Assembly: GCA_944389315.1 (NCBI GenBank)
Contig: CALXLX010000033.1
Span: 2,981-66,980 of the forward strand
Direction: 5' to 3'
DNA length: 64,000 nucleotides
Source: an uncultured Opitutales bacterium
GTDB taxonomy: Bacteria > Verrucomicrobiota > Verrucomicrobiia > Opitutales > Intestinicryptomonadaceae
The notes beneath the pieces were generated by a model that saw nothing but the letters and a program-made list of their open reading frames with translations, made no database searches and was not told where the DNA came from. Position numbers and translations under genes: made by a program. Positions 37,287 through 46,868 of this stretch are shown here, one piece after another; position 1 is the first letter of the stretch, and every line of letters starts with the position of its first letter.

Positions 37287-37667
37287 ATGCACTTTAAAAC
37301 AGGTATGAATACAAAAGAATTTACCCCCCAAGACGAGGAAATTTTGCGCGAAAATATGAAACGCTGCTCGCCGGAGACTGTAGAGGCGGCAATAGCATTC
37401 AGAAAAACGGGCGACGTCTCCAAAATAAACGCAATAGTTCTAGGTATTCTGGAGCGTTTTGCGGACCCGTCGATGCGCGGTAAGCTCAAGGATCCGTCGG
37501 ACGACATGGTTCTGGCCCAGGAGCTTGGCTTGGACTCCCTTACCATGATGGAAGTGGTCCTTATGGTTGAGGATTCCATAGGAATTTCCATAGACACCGA
37601 AGAGGCGATGAAGCTGAAGACTTTCGGGGACATCAAAAATTATATAAATAAGAAGGCTGCCCAATAA
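37287..37667 (+). CDS. carrier-protein-like (phosphopantetheine-attachment) protein with an N-terminal extension of about 60 aa
   Basis: The C-terminal part (from about aa 70), DDMVLAQELGLDSLTMMEVVLMVEDSIGISIDTEEAMKLKTFGDIKNYI, is an ACP/PCP four-helix pattern with DSL (Ser84, nt 37536-37538). The start could be 37305. Confidence 0.6.
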   Translation: MHFKTGMNTKEFTPQDEEILRENMKRCSPETVEAAIAFRKTGDVSKINAIVLGILERFADPSMRGKLKDPSDDMVLAQELGLDSLTMMEVVLMVEDSIGISIDTEEAMKLKTFGDIKNYINKKAAQ

Positions 37668-37710
37668 AAGAAGGCCGCCGAAGATTCTGGGCAAGTTCGG
37701 ACAATACAAG

Positions 37711-38724
37711 ATGCAAGAGATTCCCGAGACGCAGACTCAAAGCGCGTTGATAGTGCGTCGTTTGACAAAATCCTACGGCGCGATAAAGGCCATAGACAAC
37801 GTCTCTTTCAGGGTTGCAAAGGGCGAGATTTTAGGGTTTCTGGGCCCCAACGGCGCGGGCAAGAGCACCACGATGCGCATAATAGCCGGCCTCAGCCAGG
37901 CTACGAGCGGCACTGTTGACGTGTGCGGAATAAGCGTGGCGCTATATCCCGACAAGGCGAAGAGCCACATAGGGTTTATGCCGGAGAACAACCCCCTACC
38001 CGAGGACGTCAGGGTCTTGGAATATCTGCGCTACAGAGCCAGGCTTAAGGGGCTGGACGGCAGGCGCCTGGCAGAGCGAGTCGACGAAGTGATGGACATC
38101 TGCCAGCTCAGGCACAAAGCCGCGCGAAAGATAATAGGGAATTTGTCCAAAGGCTTCAAGCAGAGGGTCGGAATAGCAGACGCCATACTTGCCGAGCCGG
38201 ACCTCATAATAATGGACGAGCCCACCATAGGCCTCGACCCCCACCAGATAATAGCAATAAGGGAGCTTATAAAATCCCTGAGGGGCAGAATGGCTGTGAT
38301 AATAAGCTCGCACATACTTCCGGAGATAGAGTTGGTTTGCGACAGGGCGATAATAATAAACCAGGGCTGCGTAGTGGCGAGCGGTTCTCCGGAGGCGCTA
38401 AGGAGGGAGTTTCTGCCCATGAACAGGCACAAGGTCTCACTGAAGCTTCAGCCCGACGAGTTCGGCAAAAGGCTCAAGAACATTTTGCCAAAGGCGGATT
38501 TCTCCGTCGATGCCGAGCTTGCCGACGCCGACGGATACTACCGCTATACGGTGAAGACGCCTCTGGAGGAGAGCGCGGGGGAGAAGCTGGTCAGAGAGTT
38601 TTCGTCCACGCCCGAATGCTGCCTCAGGGAAGTTGCGCTGGACAAGCCGAGCCTCGAGGAGGTGTTCATGGCGGCCACGCGCCGCAGTTGGGAACAGGTC
38701 ATGAAAAAGCCCGCGAAGGAATAG
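37711..38724 (+). CDS. ABC transporter ATP-binding protein (ABC-2/GldA-like, with a C-terminal accessory domain)
   Basis: Walker A GPNGAGKST, signature LSKGFKQR, Walker B IIMDEP, plus a C-terminal extension of about 100 aa. Confidence 0.9.
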   Translation: MQEIPETQTQSALIVRRLTKSYGAIKAIDNVSFRVAKGEILGFLGPNGAGKSTTMRIIAGLSQATSGTVDVCGISVALYPDKAKSHIGFMPENNPLPEDVRVLEYLRYRARLKGLDGRRLAERVDEVMDICQLRHKAARKIIGNLSKGFKQRVGIADAILAEPDLIIMDEPTIGLDPHQIIAIRELIKSLRGRMAVIISSHILPEIELVCDRAIIINQGCVVASGSPEALRREFLPMNRHKVSLKLQPDEFGKRLKNILPKADFSVDAELADADGYYRYTVKTPLEESAGEKLVREFSSTPECCLREVALDKPSLEEVFMAATRRSWEQVMKKPAKE

Positions 38725-38729
38725 ATATT

Positions 38730-39497
38730 ATGGGAAGGTTCAAAGCTCTTTTAAGCCACCAGATACAGTTGATGTTCATAGCTCCGTCGACGTATGTTGC
38801 GGCGTTTTTGTTCTTAAGCTTCATGGCGCTGATGTATCTTTTGTGCGTGGAGGAGATAAGCTCTTCCACCACGGCGATATCGCCGATGGAGACGTTTCTG
38901 TCCACGTTTTGGGTGCCGGTGCTTTTCATGGTTCCGCTGCTGACGATGCGCTCCCTTGCCGAGGAGAGGAGAATGGGCACTCTGGGGGCGCTGATGAGCA
39001 CTCCGGTTTCCGCATGGCAGATAGTGCTTTCAAAATACCTGGCCTGCTACATATTCTACATCCTCCTGTGGTCGCTGACTTTGGCGTATCCGCTGATACT
39101 GTTTTTCAGCCTGCCGCAGGCGGCCTCCGACGAGAGGATATTCTCGTGGCCGCAGATGTTTACGGGGTATTCCTTCATATTTGCGAGCGGGGCGATGTAT
39201 GTGGCCATAGGGATATTTTCAAGTTCGCTGACGCGCAGCACTCTGGTGGCGGGCATGCTGAGTTTCTGCATACTTTTCCTGGCGATAGTCGGCGTGGGCA
39301 TGATGATGAAGCTCGCCCCCGAGACGGAGAGCGCCTGGGGAACGTATATGGCGGGCGCGGCGGATTATCTGCAGCCCTTCAGGCAGCTCGAGGATTTCAG
39401 CGCGTCGATATTCGACACCAGGCCGTTTTTCCTGTATTTCAGCGCGACGGTCTTGCTGTTTGCCATAACGTCGCTTATAACGGAGGCTAAATCGTGA
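38730..39497 (+). CDS. ABC-2 type transporter permease (GldF-like)
   Basis: Six-helix hydrophobic protein starting MGRFKALLSHQIQLMFIAPSTYV, 6 nt after the ATPase stop. The listed 38337 start runs through the ATPase gene in another frame and is rejected. Confidence 0.8.
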   Translation: MGRFKALLSHQIQLMFIAPSTYVAAFLFLSFMALMYLLCVEEISSSTTAISPMETFLSTFWVPVLFMVPLLTMRSLAEERRMGTLGALMSTPVSAWQIVLSKYLACYIFYILLWSLTLAYPLILFFSLPQAASDERIFSWPQMFTGYSFIFASGAMYVAIGIFSSSLTRSTLVAGMLSFCILFLAIVGVGMMMKLAPETESAWGTYMAGAADYLQPFRQLEDFSASIFDTRPFFLYFSATVLLFAITSLITEAKS

Positions 39498-40972
39498 GAC
39501 GGAGTTTTGAGGATTTCCGCTTTGTCAGGCGGATAAGGAAGATAAATCTCGCCGCGCAGATAGTGCTTGGCCTGATACTCGTGGTTGCGCTAAACTTTCT
39601 CGCCGCGCGGCACTACTACAAGTACGATCTTTCCGCCAACAAGGTAAACTCCCTATCGCCGGAGAGCGCGGCGCACATGCTGAATTTGCCGGAGGACGTG
39701 GAGATATATTCGACATTCTCGAAGGGGGAGAGAAACACCAAGAACGAGCAGGAATACAGGCAGATAACGGCGCTCCTGAGGCGGTACGAATACGAGTCTT
39801 CCTTCGGGAAGAACGGAAAGATAAAGCTTAGGATTGTGGATCCGCATTTCGAGTCCCGCCTGGCGGAGAGCCTGTCGACGAAATTCGGGAAGGATATAGA
39901 CTCCTGCGTGATAATATCGGCCGGCGGCAGGTTCAAGAAGCTGTACTCGCCCGACTTGTACGAAATTTCCGCCGAGGACAGGGCATTTAGGGGAGAACAG
40001 GCAATAACGGGCGCGATAATCTCCGTGACAAACCCCAACGACAAAAAGATATACTTTTTAAAAGGGCACGGGGAGATGTCGCCTACGGACACGTCTCCGT
40101 CGAGGGGGCTTTCGGAGTTTGCGGCATATCTAAAGAACCTCAACTACGAGGTGGAGACTTTGGATTTGAGCCTGTCAAAGCAGGTTCCCGACGACGCCGG
40201 GCTGATTATAATAGCCTCCCCCCAGGCGAGCTTTCTTCCGCGCGAGATAGACGCAATAAGAAAGTATCTTTCAAACGCCAAGGGAAAGGCGGCAATATTT
40301 CTGGATTTGGGTTCCCTGCACGGCCTTGAGGAGGTTTTGTTCGAGTGGGGGATAATGAGCAACGACATGCTCGTGCTAGACACTTCCTCGGACTACGAGT
40401 CCTCCGACGGGGACCTCATAGCAAGGCGCTTCCCGCAGAATCCGCACCCGATAGTAAAATATCTGATAGACGCGCAGCTGCCCGTTCAGTTCGGGTCCGT
40501 GCGTCCCGTGAGGGAGGACATAGGCGCCCCCATAGACGACAACCTAAAAATTTTCCCGATAATACTCAGCGCGGAGACAAGCTGGGGGGAGAAGTCGTAC
40601 ATGCAGGGAGGAGTCCAGAAGTACGACGAAAGCACCGACTTGCCCGGCCCGCTTCCCCTTGCGATGGTTGCCAGCCGCAGCGGGGGGTCGGAACTCGGGC
40701 TGACCATACCCGGCGGGCGCGTGGCCGTTTTCGGCGACGACAATTTCATAGCCAACAAACGTTTCGGGAGGCTGGGCAATGCAAAGCTTGCGGTTAACAC
40801 AGTAAACTGGATGTTCGACGACAACGTCACCTTGAACATAGCCCCCCGCAAGACGCAGAGTTATTCCCTGACGTTGAGCCGTTCGGATTTGAAAAATTTA
40901 GCGTTGAAATTCAGCCTGCTTCCGTTGGGCGTCGGGCTCATAGGCATACTGGTTTACTTTGTGAGAAAATAG
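39494..40972 (+). CDS. GldG-like ABC-transporter auxiliary protein (N- and C-terminal TM anchors, large periplasmic domain)
   Basis: GTG start overlaps the permease stop (GTGA). TM helices LAAQIVLGLILVVALNFLAA and LLPLGVGLIGILVYFV. Internal ..KIYFLKGHGE.. and ..VAVFGDDNFIAN.. are typical of the GldG family. Confidence 0.7.
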   Translation: MRRSFEDFRFVRRIRKINLAAQIVLGLILVVALNFLAARHYYKYDLSANKVNSLSPESAAHMLNLPEDVEIYSTFSKGERNTKNEQEYRQITALLRRYEYESSFGKNGKIKLRIVDPHFESRLAESLSTKFGKDIDSCVIISAGGRFKKLYSPDLYEISAEDRAFRGEQAITGAIISVTNPNDKKIYFLKGHGEMSPTDTSPSRGLSEFAAYLKNLNYEVETLDLSLSKQVPDDAGLIIIASPQASFLPREIDAIRKYLSNAKGKAAIFLDLGSLHGLEEVLFEWGIMSNDMLVLDTSSDYESSDGDLIARRFPQNPHPIVKYLIDAQLPVQFGSVRPVREDIGAPIDDNLKIFPIILSAETSWGEKSYMQGGVQKYDESTDLPGPLPLAMVASRSGGSELGLTIPGGRVAVFGDDNFIANKRFGRLGNAKLAVNTVNWMFDDNVTLNIAPRKTQSYSLTLSRSDLKNLALKFSLLPLGVGLIGILVYFVRK

Positions 40973-40991
40973 AGGGAGGACGCAGAAAAAA

Positions 40992-42866
40992 ATGAGAAAC
41001 AAACTTACAATAGTTCTTCTTCTGCTGAATATTATCGTCTTTGGCGCAATATGGATGCTAGAGCGCTCGCCGCGCCAGAAGGCGGCCGCCGCGAGCCCCA
41101 TGGCCGACTTTACCATGCTGCAAGTCGAGGGCAAGAGCCTGGATTCCCCGCGCCTGATACGCCGCGAGAACAACCGCTGGCGCATAGTAAAGCCCATATC
41201 CTGGCCGGCGAATTTCTTCGCGGTAAACAGGATAAAAAGCCAGCTGGAATATCTGGACGGGCAGACGAGCTTTCCGGTTTCGGAGATAGAGTCCCACGGG
41301 CAGACTTTGGCGGACTACGGCCTCGACGCGCCAAACTTCATATTCAAGTTCGGGGACGACAAAAAGACCACGACGCTCAAGGTCGGCAAGGCAACCCCCA
41401 TAGGGAACAGGATATACATGCTCGACGAGGCCCTCGGCAGGATAATCGTCGTGGACAGGGAGCTTGTTGAGAGCCTCGCGATAGACATAGACCGCCTGCG
41501 TTCGCAGAACGTCTTTGAGATACCGAGGTTTGAGGTCGGGACAATCTCGATAAGAATACCGCGGCACGGGTCGGCGGAGTCGTCGGCATCGAGGTTCCTT
41601 CGCATAGGGCTAGTAAAGGACGGCCCGAGATGGAAGTTTGAATCCCCCGTCGCGGCCGAAGCCAACAACAAGGCAGTGGAGGCTTTCATAAGCTCGCTGT
41701 GCGCGCTGTCGGCCAAGTCTTTTGTGTCGGACGGCAAGGCGGTTGCAGATCTGGACATAGGAGCCTTTCCCCTCTCGATAACCCTGCAGGGCGTAAACCG
41801 CAGGCAGACGCTGCTGGTGGGCTCGCCAGTGCCCGATTCAGACCTGGTGTACGCAAAGTTGGAGGATAACCCCACGGTGTTTACTCTCGACGCCGGAGCA
41901 TTTAAGAACCTCGAGTCGCTAAAGACCTCTCTGAGGGACAGGAAGTTCATGAGATTCGACACCCCATCAATATCCGGGGTTGATATAGAATCGGGGAAAT
42001 CCTCCGTCAAGATAAGGAGCCTCAAAGACGGGAAGTGGGAGCTGTTGGGTTCGGGAGGCAACATTCCCGCGGACTCCGTGAAAATGACGGAACTTCTGGG
42101 AACGCTGTCCAACCTATCGGCGATAGATTTCGCCTCAGACAACTCAAAGGCGGATTTCAAATCCTACGGGCTGGACAACCCCGTCCTTAAGATAACGCTG
42201 TCCTTCGACGACAAGACTGAGAAGGCCCTGCTGATCGGCTCAACATACAAATACGGGGCGGCCTCCTTGGCGTATGCGGCTTTGGAGGGAGGCTCGAACG
42301 TATACGGAATTCCCGTCGGCATAATAAAGGAGTTCCCGGCAACTCCGCTGGACTACCGCTCAAGAATAATAAACGCCCTGCCCGAGAAGGCGGAGATAAG
42401 GGGAATAAAGCTGACCTACCTTGAAAACGCGCAGACGGTATTTGAATTGACCGCAAAGCCTGGCTCCAATTTGGCCGCGCAAATCGCGGAAATTTCGGAC
42501 AAGAGGAAACGTTCGGCGGCACAGACCATAGCCGGATACGGCAGGAATTTTGTCGCGCAAAAGTTCGAGGACTGCGCGTTTGCTGCCGACGGATTCAAAA
42601 ACGCCAAGGGGGAATTTGTTAAATGGCATTGGGTTCTCGAGATTACCGCGAGCCTTCCCGGAACGGGAAAGACCATAAACCAGACCTACAAATACTATCT
42701 CGCCGACCGCAGCGGAGGAACCGAACAGTTCGGCGGATTTGAGGATTGCCCGAATGTGTTCAACATTCCCCAGAAACTCATCAACGCCTTATTTGAATTT
42801 GAAACGGAAGTAATCGAAAAGGCGAAAGCGGCTCCGGCGCCGAAGAAGCCCGAAGAAAATAAGTGA
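40992..42866 (+). CDS. DUF4340 domain protein (N-terminal TM anchor)
   Basis: TM LTIVLLLLNIIVFGAIWML. ..WRIVKPISWPANFFAVNRIKSQL..LADYGLDAPNFIFKFGD..LKVGKATPIGNRIYM.. is the DUF4340 pattern that usually follows gldG-like genes. Confidence 0.65.
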   Translation: MRNKLTIVLLLLNIIVFGAIWMLERSPRQKAAAASPMADFTMLQVEGKSLDSPRLIRRENNRWRIVKPISWPANFFAVNRIKSQLEYLDGQTSFPVSEIESHGQTLADYGLDAPNFIFKFGDDKKTTTLKVGKATPIGNRIYMLDEALGRIIVVDRELVESLAIDIDRLRSQNVFEIPRFEVGTISIRIPRHGSAESSASRFLRIGLVKDGPRWKFESPVAAEANNKAVEAFISSLCALSAKSFVSDGKAVADLDIGAFPLSITLQGVNRRQTLLVGSPVPDSDLVYAKLEDNPTVFTLDAGAFKNLESLKTSLRDRKFMRFDTPSISGVDIESGKSSVKIRSLKDGKWELLGSGGNIPADSVKMTELLGTLSNLSAIDFASDNSKADFKSYGLDNPVLKITLSFDDKTEKALLIGSTYKYGAASLAYAALEGGSNVYGIPVGIIKEFPATPLDYRSRIINALPEKAEIRGIKLTYLENAQTVFELTAKPGSNLAAQIAEISDKRKRSAAQTIAGYGRNFVAQKFEDCAFAADGFKNAKGEFVKWHWVLEITASLPGTGKTINQTYKYYLADRSGGTEQFGGFEDCPNVFNIPQKLINALFEFETEVIEKAKAAPAPKKPEENK

Positions 42867-45814
42867 TTTTCAAGGGACAGAGGCATTTTCCGTCGAGGCG
42901 CGGCGGGGTTTTGTCGCGCGCGGCGTCTTGCGCGGCAAATTTGCTTTTGTTTTCAATGCTTGCGATTCAGTCGGGTTGGCTGGCCTTGTATTTCTCGGGC
43001 AAAGACCTGCCGGTGCCCGGGTTTCTGAAGAACTACATATCGGAATACGCCAGCGAAAACGGGTTCGCATTTACGGCCGAACGCGCCTATGTGGGGCTGG
43101 ATGGCAGAATCGTTCTAATAGGCGTATCCGCCGGATTCTTGGACGGCAACAATACCGTCTTCAGGGCCGAACGGCTCGAGATTGGCATAGACATAGCAAA
43201 GTTGGCCAGCGCCACATTCAGGCCTAATCTCCTGCTGCTAAAAAACGCCGCGCTATACGGAGGAAATAACGAGAAGGCGGCGGTCGAGAAAATCAACGCG
43301 CTCATAATCCGGAGACGGGGAAATTTCATTTTAAAAAGGGCGAGCGCCAACATGGGCGCCCTGAAGGTCAGAATGGGCGCGATAGTTCCAAAGAGCTTCG
43401 ATGCGGGCTCCCTGGGGTTTCTCCCTTCCGGCGGCGGGAAAGCCGCGGCGGGGGCGGGCAAAGCGGAGAGCCTGAGCCGCAGATGGGATAGCGCCTGCGA
43501 GAAAATAGCGGGGGCGGCAAATTTGTTCGACGGGTTCGACTCACCCGTGCTGGAGCTTAGCATAGACGCCTCCCCGGACGCCCGAACCTTTGCGGAGGCC
43601 GTCTTCACGGCGGAGAAATACAAAGGGCTTCTAAAAGAAAACCCCGTTGTTCTGTCAAGGCCCCGGGTAGATTTAAAGTTGGACAAACCCGGCGCCGACT
43701 ATGCGAGAGTCGTCATGAGGGTGGAGAAGTTGACAGCCGCAATTCCCGGGGAGAAATTGGAGGTCGGCTGCTCGGAATTCTCCGCGCTGTTGGAGGTGAA
43801 AAGTTTTAAAAAAAGGCTCTCTGCAGGAGGCTTTTCCGCGAGGCAAGCGGCGCTTTCCGCCGACACCCTCAAGGCGTCAAAGCTCGGGATAAAAAACCTA
43901 AGCGCCTCGAAGGACACTCTCTCCGCAGCAGACGCCACGGACGGCTGGCGGATTTTCTTCAGGCACGGCGACGGTTCCTTCGAGGCCGACCTGCGCGGAA
44001 ATTCCGAAAGGCTGCAGGTGCAGTTCGACTCGCGAGCAGACTTCAACGCGCTCATAAGGCATCCTTCGTTATCGCATGTAAAAGAGCTGCGCGGCACAAG
44101 TTTCAACGGGCCCGTGCACATATCCGGCATTTGCGACATATTTCCTCCGCGCGGAGAGGGAAACATGCAGGCGAAAATACGCGCGGACATGTTTGCGCAG
44201 GATTGTTCATTTCTGGGAATACCCGTCGAGGAGATGTCCTCGAAGCTAAGTTTCGACACAGAGGATAAGGTTTTCAGGGCGGATGGAGCCTCCATAAAGA
44301 CGCGCGAAGGCTGGCTCATAGGCGGAGACGTCTTTCAGAACATATCGGACGGCACCTATTCTTTCGCGCTGAAAGGCGGGATAATGCCCATGCGCATAGC
44401 AGGCATCATGGCCCCGTGGTGGACGAGAATATTCAAGACCACGCGCTTTGAAAAATCTGCCCCAGAGGCCGACGTATTTGTGGAGGGAAGATGGGGGCAT
44501 CCGGAATACATCTGGTGTTTTGCAAAAGCGGTCGGGGACGACGTTGAATACGGCGGCAGCCTCTTTAAAAGCTTCTCGGCCTTCGTTCTAGTAAATCCGC
44601 GCCTAATAGCGCTTCTGGACGCCGACATACAAAACGGGGAGAGCCGCGCGAAGTTCGACCTGCAATGGCTCTACGGCAAAAACGGCATAACCCACTTTGA
44701 AAAAAACACCCTAAACGGCAGTTTCGAGCTCACTCAAAGCGAGATAATCTCGCTGGCCGGCAGCGAGGTGGAGGAGATATTCAAGGTAATATCCTTCGCG
44801 GACAGACCCTCCGCGGAGGTCAACGCGCTGCTGTTCAATCCAAAAGACGCAAACGCCCCCGAAGACATGTACGAGGCGCGGATAAACTCCCACGGGAAGA
44901 TGTGCCTCGACGCCGTGGATTTCGACAATGCGTCGTTTTTCGCCTTCGCGCAGGGAGGCCTGATAGACGCCGGGGAGATAGAGGCGCAAACCTGCCACGG
45001 GGAGATTTTCGGCTCGGCAAGGGTTACCGACGTGTACGACAAGGAAAAGGCCTCTTTGCATCTGTCGCTAAACTGCCAGGATTTAAATGTCGGGGAGTTT
45101 CTCGAAACCCTGTCGGATATAGGCAAGACGCCCGAGCAAATACTCGAGGAAAACGCCCAGGACGCGCGGGACAGGCTGAATAATCAAAATGCAAAGGGGG
45201 CAAAAGGCGCCTTCGCCGGAGCGGAAGACGCGAAGCTCTCGGGGAGCATGACTCTTTCAGGGCCGCTGTTCGACCCTTCGGGGCTATCCGGGAACGGGAA
45301 TGCGGTGGTGCAAAGTCCGCAGCTGGGCAAGCTGAACCTTCTCGGGGCAATATCGCGCACGCTCGGCAGGTTCGGGGCGAACATGGGCACATTCGACGTG
45401 ACGGACGCCTCTGCGGAGTGTTCCGTCGGCGAGGGCTCAGTGGAGTTTAAAAACCTCGAGATAACGGGGCCAAAGATAAAGATATCTGGGCTTGCCAACT
45501 ACGAATTTATAAACGGAGACATAAAGGGCAGGCTTTTAATATCGCCGTTCGGCTCCATGGACACGCCCGTGCTCTCGCGCATATTCGCGGCGATAGACCC
45601 CTTCATGAGCGTCTTTGAGGTATTCTTAAGCGGCAAGATAGAAGACCCGGCCATAGGCGTTACGATAAGGCCCCTGAATATATTCAACTCCGAGGAGAAG
45701 CTTCTGGAGTCCTTCGACAAGGAGATGCGCCAGTCTGACGAAGGCAAAGAATCAAACGAGGTGAAGAAGGCCACCCCAGAGGGGGAAAGCTCCGGGGAAA
45801 ATGAAGAAAATTAA
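42863..45814 (+). CDS. AsmA-like / TamB-like large envelope protein (N-terminal TM anchor, acidic C-terminal tail)
   Basis: GTG overlaps the upstream stop (GTGA). TM AANLLLFSMLAIQSGWLALYF. The C-terminal ..FDVTDASAECSVGEGSVEFKNLEITGPKIKISGLANYEFINGDIKGRLLISP...VFLSGKIEDPAIGVTIRP resembles AsmA-family C-terminal domains. Confidence 0.55.
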   Translation: MIFKGQRHFPSRRGGVLSRAASCAANLLLFSMLAIQSGWLALYFSGKDLPVPGFLKNYISEYASENGFAFTAERAYVGLDGRIVLIGVSAGFLDGNNTVFRAERLEIGIDIAKLASATFRPNLLLLKNAALYGGNNEKAAVEKINALIIRRRGNFILKRASANMGALKVRMGAIVPKSFDAGSLGFLPSGGGKAAAGAGKAESLSRRWDSACEKIAGAANLFDGFDSPVLELSIDASPDARTFAEAVFTAEKYKGLLKENPVVLSRPRVDLKLDKPGADYARVVMRVEKLTAAIPGEKLEVGCSEFSALLEVKSFKKRLSAGGFSARQAALSADTLKASKLGIKNLSASKDTLSAADATDGWRIFFRHGDGSFEADLRGNSERLQVQFDSRADFNALIRHPSLSHVKELRGTSFNGPVHISGICDIFPPRGEGNMQAKIRADMFAQDCSFLGIPVEEMSSKLSFDTEDKVFRADGASIKTREGWLIGGDVFQNISDGTYSFALKGGIMPMRIAGIMAPWWTRIFKTTRFEKSAPEADVFVEGRWGHPEYIWCFAKAVGDDVEYGGSLFKSFSAFVLVNPRLIALLDADIQNGESRAKFDLQWLYGKNGITHFEKNTLNGSFELTQSEIISLAGSEVEEIFKVISFADRPSAEVNALLFNPKDANAPEDMYEARINSHGKMCLDAVDFDNASFFAFAQGGLIDAGEIEAQTCHGEIFGSARVTDVYDKEKASLHLSLNCQDLNVGEFLETLSDIGKTPEQILEENAQDARDRLNNQNAKGAKGAFAGAEDAKLSGSMTLSGPLFDPSGLSGNGNAVVQSPQLGKLNLLGAISRTLGRFGANMGTFDVTDASAECSVGEGSVEFKNLEITGPKIKISGLANYEFINGDIKGRLLISPFGSMDTPVLSRIFAAIDPFMSVFEVFLSGKIEDPAIGVTIRPLNIFNSEEKLLESFDKEMRQSDEGKESNEVKKATPEGESSGENEEN

Positions 45815-45929
45815 CCTGCATGCGCCGCGCGCAGGCCGAAGCCGGAGACCGGCCAAACGCCAAAAAAACGCCTGACATGGAAGAATTTTGTATTTGTAAA
45901 ATGGGTTTAAAGAGGCAATCCTATAGACA

Positions 45930-46868
45930 ATGAAAAACGGCAAACTTTTGTGCGCGGTTGCGGGAGTCGGCTATTTGGGCGAGCACCACGCGAGAATCTA
46001 TTCCGAGCTGGAGCATACGGAGCTGGTCGGCGTATTCGACCCCAACAGGCCGCGCGCCGAACAGATAGCGGCAAAATTCGGCTGCAGGGTGTTCGACTCT
46101 CTCGAGCAGCTGGGAGAAGCCGCAGAGGCCGTGAGCGTGGTGGTTCCCACGGACAAGCACGCGCAGGTGGCCGTACCGCTGCTTAGGCAAAACTGCCATC
46201 TGCTTGTGGAAAAGCCCTTCTGCACCACAACGGAGGAGGCCGAGGAGATGATTTCCGAGGCAAAGAAGCGCAACCTTATAATACAAGTCGGGCACATAGA
46301 GCATTTCAATCCGGCGATGGGCTTCATGGAGGAGCACGTGAAGAATCCGAAATTTATCACCGCGGACCGCCTTGCGCCCTTCAACCCGCGCGGGACCGAA
46401 GTGGGCGTCGTGCTCGACTTGATGATACACGACATAGGAATAGTCCTCAAGCTTGCCGCATCTCCCGTAAAGAGGATAGAGGCTGTGGGCGTAAACGTCA
46501 TAAGCAGCCGGGAGGACATAGGCAACGCGCGAATAGTTTTCGAAAACGGGTGCGTGGCAAATCTCAATGTAAGCCGCGTCAGCCTGAAGAAGCTCAGGGA
46601 GATAAGGATATTCCAGCCCGGCGGATACATGTCCTTGGATTTGATGAACCAAAGCGGCCACGTTGTAAAGATAGTCGACGGGGCGGTCGAGAGAATAGAA
46701 GTTCCCATGCAAAAGCAGGAGCCGCTGAAGATAGAGCTTGGAAGCTTCGCCGACTGCGTGATGAACCACCACGACCCGAAGGTGGACGCAAGGCTCGGCC
46801 TGCGCGCGCTGGAAGTCGCCCTTGAGATAACGCGGCAGATACGCGCTATGATGAACGATGCCAAGTAG
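45930..46868 (+). CDS. Gfo/Idh/MocA family oxidoreductase, possible UDP-GlcNAc 3-dehydrogenase (GnnA-like)
   Basis: Rossmann CAVAGVGYLGEHHARIY and the EKP motif (LLVEKPFC). About 312 aa. The 3' end overlaps the lpxB start by 11 nt. The GnnA assignment rests on context only. Confidence 0.6.
   Translation: MKNGKLLCAVAGVGYLGEHHARIYSELEHTELVGVFDPNRPRAEQIAAKFGCRVFDSLEQLGEAAEAVSVVVPTDKHAQVAVPLLRQNCHLLVEKPFCTTTEEAEEMISEAKKRNLIIQVGHIEHFNPAMGFMEEHVKNPKFITADRLAPFNPRGTEVGVVLDLMIHDIGIVLKLAASPVKRIEAVGVNVISSREDIGNARIVFENGCVANLNVSRVSLKKLREIRIFQPGGYMSLDLMNQSGHVVKIVDGAVERIEVPMQKQEPLKIELGSFADCVMNHHDPKVDARLGLRALEVALEITRQIRAMMNDAK

Noticed and set aside
38337-38729. N-terminal extension of the ABC-2 permease ORF (listed start 38337).
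   Set aside because: It overlaps the 3' third of the ABC ATPase gene in another frame and translates to R/G-rich junk. The ATG at 38730, 6 nt after the ATPase stop, begins the hydrophobic permease.
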